This document shows, one piece after another, positions 29,143-37,804 of a stretch of 40,385 nt of DNA. A model generated the notes under the pieces. The model was not told where the DNA came from and did not search any database. It was given only the letters and a program-made list of their open reading frames with translations. This stretch comes from Thainema sp. (GTDB lineage: Bacteria > Cyanobacteriota > Cyanobacteriia > Phormidesmidales > Phormidesmidaceae). The stretch is from contig JBQLZK010000033.1 in NCBI GenBank assembly GCA_052168235.1, forward strand, positions 36,173 to 76,557, in the 5' to 3' direction. The position numbers were made by a program, and so were the translations under genes. How positions within the stretch are numbered: the stretch's first letter is position 1; each line of letters begins with the position of its first letter.

Positions 29143-31106
29143 CAGCCCTCCCACTTCATCGGGCGATAAACCGGCTGCTCTCCCGTCAGGCAGGCCACAT
29201 ATTCCCAAACCTGTAATTCCAGACAGCGGCGATAGCTGACCTTATAGCCCGTATGGGGATGGGTAACGGACTGCTGTAGTTTCTCTTCCCAATGCTTGAG
29301 AAAGCGCTTCATCGCATCGGGATACAAGTACACGCCGCCCCGCTCATCCGGTGGTGTAAAGTCTTCTTCGCTGAAAATATTGGAATTGATCAGATAGGCC
29401 ACCAGCGAATCCACGGCAATGGCGCGAAACTCTTCCACCAGGTCGCACACCAGCGAGGGACGATTGGTCTTTGGCAGGTGCAGATTGCCAAAGTGGGTAT
29501 GAAGGCCGACCCCCTCCACCATCGCGTGCACATTTTGCGACAGCAGCGTATAGCCCAAGCTCAACAGGCTGTTGACCGGATCAGTAGGCGGACGGCGAGT
29601 GCGCTTTTCAAACTCAAACTTGCCCTTTAGCAGCGACGCATAGGCTTGAAAATATAGATTGGCTCCCGTGCCCTCATAGCCCAGCATCGATTCCAGCGAT
29701 TCTACGGTGGTCACGGTTTCCATCAGCTCGGCTAGCGTTTCAATGGCCTGTACCGCCTTTTCAGTTTTCCGCCGCCGGTTGAGCCGCAGCAGCAAAATCC
29801 GCGAGTTATGCAATTTCCCGACAATGATGCTGATCGCTTGCGTGCGGACAAACTCCGGATCTTGCGACTTCTGCACCTGTAGGATTAGGTAGTCTAAACG
29901 AGCCTGTCCTGTCGTTTGCAGTCGGCCAAAGTAGCGCCCCTTGTCGGATAAGTACAGCACTGGAATCCGTCGCTGCAAGGCTAATCGCACTGCTCCATGC
30001 GACACATTGCAGCAGCCAAACAGGACGACGTGACTAATCCGACTGGCAGGCACTGAGCAACGCAGCTCATCCCGGTAAAACACCTGAAACTGCCGATGCC
30101 GCACCCGCAAATATGCGCCTTGTTCCGTTACATATAACGTGGTCATACCGTCCCTCCAGTATTCATCCGATGACGTGGCCAACACGCGCTTTGGGGTTTT
30201 GACAATGCTGCACACCTTCGGCGGCCCCCAAATCGGCTTTGGATTCTGCCTTTTGCCTTCTGCCTTCTGCCTTCTCGGCGCTTCCACTTCCCCCTTCTCA
30301 AACTGATGTCCCAGAAAAACAAAGGCTTCTCCCGGCGGAATAATCTGAGTCTTGTCAGGATTAAGTGCTAGACCCAGGTCTTCAATCCAGTCCTGCATCA
30401 GCGATAAGCTGCGGCTGGCTTCCAAGTAGCTTTGGCACACTACGACACAGTCATCGCCGTACCGCACCAAGTCGATATCGGCCTCTAGACAATGCCGATC
30501 AAAATCGTTCAAATACAAATTGGCTAACGCTCCCGACAGGATGCTGCCCTGCAACACCCCTTGATTGGGTCGATAAAGCTGCCCATTGAGCACAATGCCG
30601 GACTTGAGCTGCTGCTCAATCCACATCAGCCAGGCTGGCGTTAAGCCAAGCTGTTCCAGTTGATGCAGCAGCAGTGGCCACGATAAGCTGTCAAAAAACT
30701 GCTGAATATCAGCCTTAATCACCCAAGCTGGCTGGTGCTGATACCGTTCCATCACCCGATCAACAGCGGTGTAAATCGAGAGACCCGGACGATAGGCAAA
30801 GGCCGCATCACTAAACTCCCGTTCTAGATGGGGGTAGATGCTTTGTAGTAAGTACCGCTGCACAATGCGATCGCGCACGGTTGGAATGCCAATCAGACGC
30901 TTTCCACCACTCTTTTTAGCCAGATAAAAGCCTTTGGCGGGATTGGCCACATAGCGCTCTTGCTGCATCTGCCGATAGAGCTGGCGGATTTGCTCTTGAG
31001 CAATGCCCGTAAACATCTCCACCGTGATGCCATCCACACCCGCAGCTTGGCTGCCCCGCTGGACAAGATGCCAGGCCGTCGCCAGTTGTTCTGTGTGTAA
31101 TTTCAT
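29142..31106 (-). CDS. cas1: Reverse transcriptase-Cas1 fusion
   Basis: RT: AAGVDG, RLIGIPTVRDRIVQ, ADIQQFFD, GVLQGSILSGALANLYL, VRYGDD. Cas1: TTLYVTEQG, GYEGTGA, RRPPTDPVNSLLSLGYTLL, DLVEEFR. ATG 31106 has an AGGGAG RBS; the ORF track extends to 31349. Confidence 0.96.
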   Translation of the reverse strand: MKLHTEQLATAWHLVQRGSQAAGVDGITVEMFTGIAQEQIRQLYRQMQQERYVANPAKGFYLAKKSGGKRLIGIPTVRDRIVQRYLLQSIYPHLEREFSDAAFAYRPGLSIYTAVDRVMERYQHQPAWVIKADIQQFFDSLSWPLLLHQLEQLGLTPAWLMWIEQQLKSGIVLNGQLYRPNQGVLQGSILSGALANLYLNDFDRHCLEADIDLVRYGDDCVVVCQSYLEASRSLSLMQDWIEDLGLALNPDKTQIIPPGEAFVFLGHQFEKGEVEAPRRQKAEGKRQNPKPIWGPPKVCSIVKTPKRVLATSSDEYWRDGMTTLYVTEQGAYLRVRHRQFQVFYRDELRCSVPASRISHVVLFGCCNVSHGAVRLALQRRIPVLYLSDKGRYFGRLQTTGQARLDYLILQVQKSQDPEFVRTQAISIIVGKLHNSRILLLRLNRRRKTEKAVQAIETLAELMETVTTVESLESMLGYEGTGANLYFQAYASLLKGKFEFEKRTRRPPTDPVNSLLSLGYTLLSQNVHAMVEGVGLHTHFGNLHLPKTNRPSLVCDLVEEFRAIAVDSLVAYLINSNIFSEEDFTPPDERGGVYLYPDAMKRFLKHWEEKLQQSVTHPHTGYKVSYRRCLELQVWEYVACLTGEQPVYRPMKWEG

Positions 31107-31491
31107 CGCGTTTCTCCCTTGCAAATTAGGGATAGAAAGAAGAACTCGGTGAACGTTCTCCAAGTCCTTCTTGGGTTGACGCGACCATCCTCGCAATCCG
31201 TTATTTGAGTTCAACCCCGAGTTGTACCTGACTTCAGGACTGAGAAGAAAAAGGCAGAAGGCAGAATGGTGTAAATAGTTAAGCGTTGCTGTGAGATCCC
31301 CCGCTGTCGCCGCCCCCTTAGCAAAGGGGCTATCCACAGATCGATCCAAAGTTCAGTCTGATATGCCTGATAAGTTGATATCCTTTGAAGGAATAATGAG
31401 GACAAATGCGATCGCAGATTGCAGATTATGCGATTAGATCCAACTGCGATCGCAACTCCCCCTGTTCTTTTTCATCCTTCTGCCTTTCCCT

Positions 31492-32910
31492 ATGCCTCGT
31501 TCCGTTTGTGTCCATCCTGACCATCGGCAAGCTGTTGCTCTGGCACTGGAGCGCAATGGCTTTTTGACCCAAGGCGATCTGGCGGCTCATTTGCAAGTTG
31601 CCCTTTCGACGGTGAGTAATTTCTGTCGCGGCGTGAATGTTTCGATCTCGAAGTTTGAGCAGATTGCCGAAACGCTGGGACTAGAGCCAAGAACCCTAAT
31701 CCAGTCACTCAATGCTCAGCAAGCGGCTGATCCTAATGACGAAACGGCTCAGTTGCTGACGTTCTTCGCCTATGACGCAGGCTGGGTGGGTCGTGAGGCT
31801 GTCATCGCAGAGGCGGTTGCGACGCTAAATAGTCCGTGTCGGCTGCTGATCATCACTGGCATTGCTGGTGTGGGTAAAACGGCGCTGGCTGAACGGCTGT
31901 CTCTGGAACTATCCGAACTTGGCACGCCGCTACGAGAAAACTTCGATGACCAGAACCAGGGGATGGACTTTGGCAGCTTTGCCGCTCGCATACTGGAGAA
32001 GATGGGGCAGGTGGTGACGCCTAGCGATCGCACTAATGTCTCTCAATTATTGGAGCGCCTGATTCAAGCGTTACAGGCGGCTCGCCGATTGCTAGTGATT
32101 GATTCTCTAGAGGAACTGCTCAAGGGCAATGAAAAAGAGGGTTGGAGTGAATTTAAGGACGAAGCGTTTTTCACCTTCTTTCAACGAGTGCTAACTGCCG
32201 AGGCGTTTCAGAGCCGGATTGTCGTCACGTCACAGGAATTGCCGACTCAGCTCTTGGCCTTCGGCACCCGCTATCGCAACGTTTGGGCGACTCAGTTGCT
32301 CACGGGGCTAGCTCCGGCTGAGCAATTAGACTTGTTTGCCAAAACGGGGCTGGATGTTCAGCCCGAAGCTCCAGGTTATAACTATCTGGTTCGCATCGGC
32401 CAAGCCTATGAAGGTCATCCCTTGGCGCTGCGGCTGATTGCAGGCGAAATGGGCAATCGGCCTTTCTTTGGTGATGTGACGGCCTATTGGAGGCGGTATC
32501 AACAGGAAATTGAAGCGGTGGAAACTGCGATCGCAGCAGCGGAGGCAGGGCAACCCGTTGGTGCGGAGGACAAGTGGCGACTGGATCGCTTTACGCGCAC
32601 CTTACGTCGCAATGTGCGGCTGCGGCTGGAGCAAACGTTTCAACGCCTGCGGCAAGATGCCAAGTTTGCTTACGTTCTACTGTGCGAAGCGTCGGTTTAT
32701 CGCGGTGCGGTGCCGGAAGACTGGTGGCTGAGTCATTTGGATTACTGGGATTGTGATCCGGAATCGGCACTGTTGGCGTTGGATGCCTTGCGCGATCGCT
32801 TTTTGGTAGAGGAGGCGATTGAGGCAGGCGAGTATATGGTACGACAGCACAATCTAATCCGCAGTGTGTCGCTGGAGCATCTTGAGCAGTTAGATGAAGT
32901 AGAGGATTAA
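31492..32910 (+). CDS. XRE-type HTH - NB-ARC-like STAND ATPase - winged helix; no sensor repeats
   Basis: TQGDLAAHLQVALSTVSNF (HTH), WVGRE, GIAGVGKT, LLVIDSLE, IVVTSQE, GHPLAL, terminal RQHNLIR (MHD-like). Confidence 0.88.
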   Translation: MPRSVCVHPDHRQAVALALERNGFLTQGDLAAHLQVALSTVSNFCRGVNVSISKFEQIAETLGLEPRTLIQSLNAQQAADPNDETAQLLTFFAYDAGWVGREAVIAEAVATLNSPCRLLIITGIAGVGKTALAERLSLELSELGTPLRENFDDQNQGMDFGSFAARILEKMGQVVTPSDRTNVSQLLERLIQALQAARRLLVIDSLEELLKGNEKEGWSEFKDEAFFTFFQRVLTAEAFQSRIVVTSQELPTQLLAFGTRYRNVWATQLLTGLAPAEQLDLFAKTGLDVQPEAPGYNYLVRIGQAYEGHPLALRLIAGEMGNRPFFGDVTAYWRRYQQEIEAVETAIAAAEAGQPVGAEDKWRLDRFTRTLRRNVRLRLEQTFQRLRQDAKFAYVLLCEASVYRGAVPEDWWLSHLDYWDCDPESALLALDALRDRFLVEEAIEAGEYMVRQHNLIRSVSLEHLEQLDEVED

Positions 32911-33044
32911 AGGCAGAAGGCAGAAAAGAGCAATCTGTCGGCCTCATGAATTGATGCAAAACTAGAAGAGCGATTTGCCAGTCTTCTGTATGCGTTTGAA
33001 GACCAAGGATCTAGAAATTTCCAAACGCTGAACCAGTAACCCTT

Positions 33045-33692
33045 TCATCCTTCTGCCTTCTGATTTCTGCCTTTTATACCCTGTCTAAAGGCTTTGGCGG
33101 CAGCTAACGGGTTTGGATTTTGTAAGCAGGTGGTGAGGAGTTCTAAATCTAAATCGGGTAACACTTCGCTCTGCTGGATGGGCTCATAACCAGCCGTATC
33201 GACAAATTGAGCGGGATTGTCTTCGCGTTTGTGGTACAGAGCTAACCGATTCTTCTGCCAGAACCAGACTTCTCGTACGCCTAACCGTCGATACAGCTCT
33301 AGTCGATTGATGCTGCCACTGGTAACGATGACTTCAATCGCTAGATCCGGAAATTCTTTATCGGTGCCAATGCAGTAGCTCTCATCGGGTTCGCCACCTG
33401 CCTGTTGGGCTGGCTTTTTCAGGGTGGTTGACCCCATTGGAAAGTATTCAGTATCGGTTTCTAGGAAGTAGAGTTCTAGGAGATTGCCAATTTGGGTTTT
33501 GCCGCTTTCATGGTTACGACTGGGAGCCAAGATTTCTAACACTCCATCTAAAAAATGCACTCGATAAGCCGATCCTTCGCCTAAATCGGCCAGCAGCGCT
33601 TCGTACTGTGCCCAAGATACCCGACTTAAAACGCGCCGTTCTTCCGGATCTTCTAGATTGACTCGGCTGATCAAATCATTCAGGAGAACCAT
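33045..33692 (-). CDS. Uma2-family (PD-(D/E)XK) endonuclease
   Basis: VSWAQYE, EPDESYCIG, PDLAIEV, YRRLGVREVWFW; GGAG RBS before ATG 33692. Confidence 0.9.
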   Translation of the reverse strand: MVLLNDLISRVNLEDPEERRVLSRVSWAQYEALLADLGEGSAYRVHFLDGVLEILAPSRNHESGKTQIGNLLELYFLETDTEYFPMGSTTLKKPAQQAGGEPDESYCIGTDKEFPDLAIEVIVTSGSINRLELYRRLGVREVWFWQKNRLALYHKREDNPAQFVDTAGYEPIQQSEVLPDLDLELLTTCLQNPNPLAAAKAFRQGIKGRNQKAEG

Positions 33693-33891
33693 TGTGCTTA
33701 CTCCAGCTTCTTTCAATTATTCTAAACGGCTTGATGAAAGGCAGAACTAAAGGCAAAAATCAGAAGGCAGAAGGAGGAAAGGGATACTGGCTTAGCGTTT
33801 GAAATTTCTAGTTCTTTAGTCTTCAAGCCAATTCAAACGACCAACAGATGACTTTTTTGCCTTCTGCCTTCATCCTTCTGCCTTGATTAAG

Positions 33892-36754
33892 GTTTTCGTC
33901 CCCTTGCGGGGTGATGGGTTGGAAAGAGTTGAGGATGAGCGTATTTCGGTAGCACAAGCTATCCGTGTTTCCGTCCCCTTGCGGGGTGATGGGTTGGAAA
34001 GAGGAACAGGAGCAAGACCAAGACCAGGCGATCGAAGATAGCGGGTTTCCGTCCCCTTGCGGGGTGATGGGTTGGAAAGATGAGCAGATGCGACTCCCTA
34101 ATAGTTACGGCGTTGACCAATGCTGTTTCCGTCCCCTTGCGGGGTGATGGGTTGGAAAGCATAGCTACACTTAGCGCCGCTGTTGTCTTATATGGATATG
34201 TTTCCGTCCCCTTGCGGGGTGATGGGTTGGAAAGGATGTTGACACCAATGCCGATGCGGACGCCGAGTCCAACTCGGAAGTTCGTGACTGTTTCCGTCCC
34301 CTTGCGGGGTGATGGGTTGGAAAGTACACAATGGAAGGGACTATCAAACTCTACAAAGAGGTTTCCGTCCCCTTGCGGGGTGATGGGTTGGAAAGTAATT
34401 CTGATAGTAGAAGCAGGCACTGCCAAAATTCAACAAGTTTCCGTCCCCTTGCGGGGTGATGGGTTGGAAAGAGTTAATCCAGAAGCAGCACACTGCTGCT
34501 TCGATTAAAACAGTTGAAGTTTCCGTCCCCTTGCGGGGTGATGGGTTGGAAAGCCTATGGTCGGTTTGCCGTACACTTTGCCGAAGCCTAAAGTTTCCGT
34601 CCCCTTGCGGGGTGATGGGTTGGAAAGAACACAAAACTTCCGTAGTAGCTGTAATTAATAGTCCAGTTTCCGTCCCCTTGCGGGGTGATGGGTTGGAAAG
34701 ACTAACTGCTCTTACTGTATAATTGGAGAATATATTGTGGTTTCCGTCCCCTTGCGGGGTGATGGGTTGGAAAGAGTAGAAATGAGTACTTTAATACTCG
34801 CACTTTTTTATCTCCCAGTTTTCGTCCCCTTGCGGGGTGATGGGTTGGAAAGTTGATGCCATTTCCGGAAACGGTGAGGTATATCTCGGCTTGTTTCCGT
34901 CCCCTTGCGGGGTGATGGGTTGGAAAGTAGTGCAGCTGCAGTTGTAGTTGCACTAATCGGTACATTAGTGTTTCCGTCCCCTTGCGGGGTGATGGGTTGG
35001 AAAGTTCGCATTGGTTACCAATGCGGGACAGGGTCTGGAAGGGGTTTCCGTCCCCTTGTGGGGTGATGGGTTGGAAAGCGGTTGAATTCGATTTCGGTGG
35101 AACAACCGAAGTGATTACAGTAGAGTTTCCGTCCCCTTGCGGGGTGATGGGTTGGAAAGACTCTTGGGTACTTCGTTAAACTCATGATGTCTGATCCAAG
35201 GTTTCCGTCCCCTTGCGGGGTGATGGGTTGGAAAGCTCAACCTCTTCCCTCAGTCTGAAATCGTAACTCCTCAGGTTTCCGTCCCCTTGCGGGGTGATGG
35301 GTTGGAAAGAGCAGGTTCTTCCTCAGCAGACGCCTCAGCAGCAGGTTCTTGGTTTCCGTCCCCTTGCGGGGTGATGGGTTGGAAAGTATACCGTGAGGGT
35401 ACACCCATTAAAGTCCAGGTGATTGAAGGTTTCCGTCCCCTTGCGGGGTGATGGGTTGGAAAGGTTACAGCAGCTGAGAACTACCTTGCTGATTTCGATT
35501 GGTACAGTTTCCGTCCCCTTGCGGGGTGATGGGTTGGAAAGACTCGTTCTCGGTATCGGCGGCTTGGGCACAGCGCTCACTGTTTCCGTCCCCTTGCGGG
35601 GTGATGGGTTGGAAAGTCCAATATTTCACGCCTACTAGATGCCCATGAGCGGCAACAGTTTCCGTCCCCTTGCGGGGTGATGGGTTGGAAAGACTGGAAT
35701 ATGAGTAAGTCCGATATTGTTTCAAATATCTGGTTTCCGTCCCCTTGCGGGGTGATGGGTTGGAAAGAGGAGTAATCGCCTCTCCCGCTGCTATCGCAGC
35801 TCCTGGAGTTTCCGTCCCCTTGCGGGGTGATGGGTTGGAAAGATTGTCGGCATGCTACGCCCATTCCCGACTGCAAGTATTACTGTTTCCGTCCCCTTGC
35901 GGGGTGATGGGTTGGAAAGATTGTCGGCATGCTAAAGTTATTAATCTTTAGTGGTTCCGAGTTTCCGTCCCCTTGCGGGGTGATGGGTTGGAAAGGATGG
36001 GCACAAGTACATGAAAACTTATGAAGCACGTAGTTTCCGTCCCCTTGCGGGGTGATGGGTTGGAAAGAGTCATTGCGCGATCGCATCATCACCGTACTGA
36101 AGCTGAAGTTTCCGTCCCCTTGCGGGGTGATGGGTTGGAAAGTCTATTTGAGATGCAAGAATCTGTACTAAATATCTTCATGCTCAAGTTTCCGTCCCCT
36201 TGCGGGGTGATGGGTTGGAAAGATCCCGGATCTAGAAATAGGGGATCAGGCTGTAAGCTTTGCTGTTTCCGTCCCCTTGCGGGGTGATGGGTTGGAAAGA
36301 CTAACACTTGGTGCGGCACTACTCGTTTCTGGCGCAGTAGTTTCCGTCCCCTTGCGGGGTGATGGGTTGGAAAGAACGTCAATCAGTTGCGGGCAATCCT
36401 GAATTTGCGGTAATCAACGTTTCCGTCCCCTTGCGGGGTGATGGGTTGGAAAGCCTGAACAGGGCTACGAGGCGGTTGTTCCGTGTATCAACGGTTTCCG
36501 TCCCCTTGCGGGGTGATGGGTTGGAAAGATTTTGCCTAATGTTGGCATAGGGGGGAATTATCATGGTTTCCGTCCCCTTGCGGGGTGATGGGTTGGAAAG
36601 AGGTAATCATCTTGTTGATGTCAGATAGATAAATTTTAAGTTTTCGTCCCCTTGCGGGGTGATGGGTTGGAAAGCATCAACCTTCCCCGTCCAGTAAAAG
36701 CAATTATTCTGGGAGGCGGGTTTCCGTCCCCTTGCGGGGTGATGGGTTGGAAAG
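33892..36754 (-). CRISPR. CRISPR array 3: 38 repeats / 37 spacers; repeat (+) GTTTCCGTCCCCTTGCGGGGTGATGGGTTGGAAAG
   Basis: Counted by hand; spacers 36-55 nt, mostly 37-47; leader on the right next to the second cas2. Confidence 0.98.
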
Positions 36755-36990
36755 GGTTCGCTGAGAAACCCTTATAGGGAAAAGATTTCAGACTGCAAAT
36801 CGACGCATTAGCAATTTAGCGCGAATTTGCCTGCAAAATCTACCCTATTTAGAAAGCTTTAGGGTGTCGAAAACCTTACGGAACAAGGCATCGACGCATT
36901 AGAACGAAGTTATGCGGTTTTCAAGGTTCCAAGCTAATGCGTCGATAGTAGCGCAAGACACCAAACTTAGACTGTTTTTCTCATCACACT
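36755..36990 (-). promoter_or_regulatory. Leader of array 3 (second leader family) with boxA GAACCTTGAAAA
   Basis: Different sequence from leaders 1/2/4 but the same motif geometry and a shared AACGAAGTTATGCGGTTTTC.AGGTTC block. Confidence 0.75.
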
Positions 36991-37266
36991 TTAGATTATG
37001 TAAACATCTGGTGGTGGTTCCGGTGGATTGCTGCCAATCGTCAATGTCCGAGGCATGGCATCGGCTGTAATCCAATAAAACCGCACATTGTCCTCACTAT
37101 CTTTCACTCGACGCTGCACGTTGCGATGAAGCTGTTTCATATCATCCAGCGACAAAAAGCACTCAAACGCACTTTTCTGCACTCGCCGACCATATCCTTC
37201 CAGAAACGTTGCCAGCTTATTGCGGCGTTTGTCGTCTGGAATATCGTAGATTACCAGCACCAGCAT
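36991..37266 (-). CDS. cas2: CRISPR-associated Cas2 (second copy)
   Basis: MLVLVIYDIPDDKRRNKL...LEGYGRRVQKSAFEC. Confidence 0.95.
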   Translation of the reverse strand: MLVLVIYDIPDDKRRNKLATFLEGYGRRVQKSAFECFLSLDDMKQLHRNVQRRVKDSEDNVRFYWITADAMPRTLTIGSNPPEPPPDVYII

Positions 37267-37781
37267 CAGGTTGCCCTCAAGAACGGCTCATAGAGAGTGC
37301 CATTTAACAAACTGCGTTTATAGCGCCTGACCTGAAGTTCAATTGCACGACGATAAGATACCTTACCCTGTATGTCTGGATGAGAGATTTCATCTCCCAA
37401 ACGGGCTTCGACTTTCTGGATAAACAACCGTCGAGCCGATTCCGATAGGTAGATGCCGCCTTCCTGTGTTGGCCATGTAAAATCCGTCGGTACAAAGATG
37501 CGGCGGTTAATTAACTTCAGCACCAAGCTGTCCACTACTGGCGATCGAAACTCCTCCACCAAATCAAACGCCAAAAACGTCTGCTTTTTCTCTGACCCAT
37601 GCAGATTGCCCAAATAGGGATTCAACCCCTCCGCCAAAATCAGACTCAGCACATTATTGAACAACAGCGTATAGCCAAAGCTCAGCAATGAATTGACTGG
37701 ATCTTGCGGTGGACGCCGCGTTCGTTCCGTAAACGTAAACGCTGGATTGACAATCAGTAGCCCCAACGCCTTAAAGTAGCG
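37266..37781 (-). pseudogene. cas1: 5'-truncated cas1 (C-terminal about 170 aa only)
   Basis: RYFKALG...RRPPQDPVNSLLSFGYTLL...GNLH...DLVEEFR; similarity stops about 24 bp from array 4, before the GYEG catalytic Glu motif; the frame is closed within the first spacer. Confidence 0.88.
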
Positions 37782-37804
37782 ATGCGTTCTAGCGAGATCA
37801 TTGG

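Noticed and set aside
27820..31106. Diversity-generating retroelement (RT plus Avd-like genes)
   Set aside because: The RT is fused to Cas1, and I found no template/variable repeat pair differing at adenines. A self-alignment would be needed to exclude one fully.
31107..31349. 81-aa N-terminal extension of RT-Cas1 in the ORF track
   Set aside because: It runs through heptamer and palindromic repeats; ATG 31106 has a good RBS and begins the RT-like sequence.
29142..31349. Group II intron
   Set aside because: No maturase/endonuclease domain after the RT, and no domain V/VI structure seen; Cas1 follows directly.
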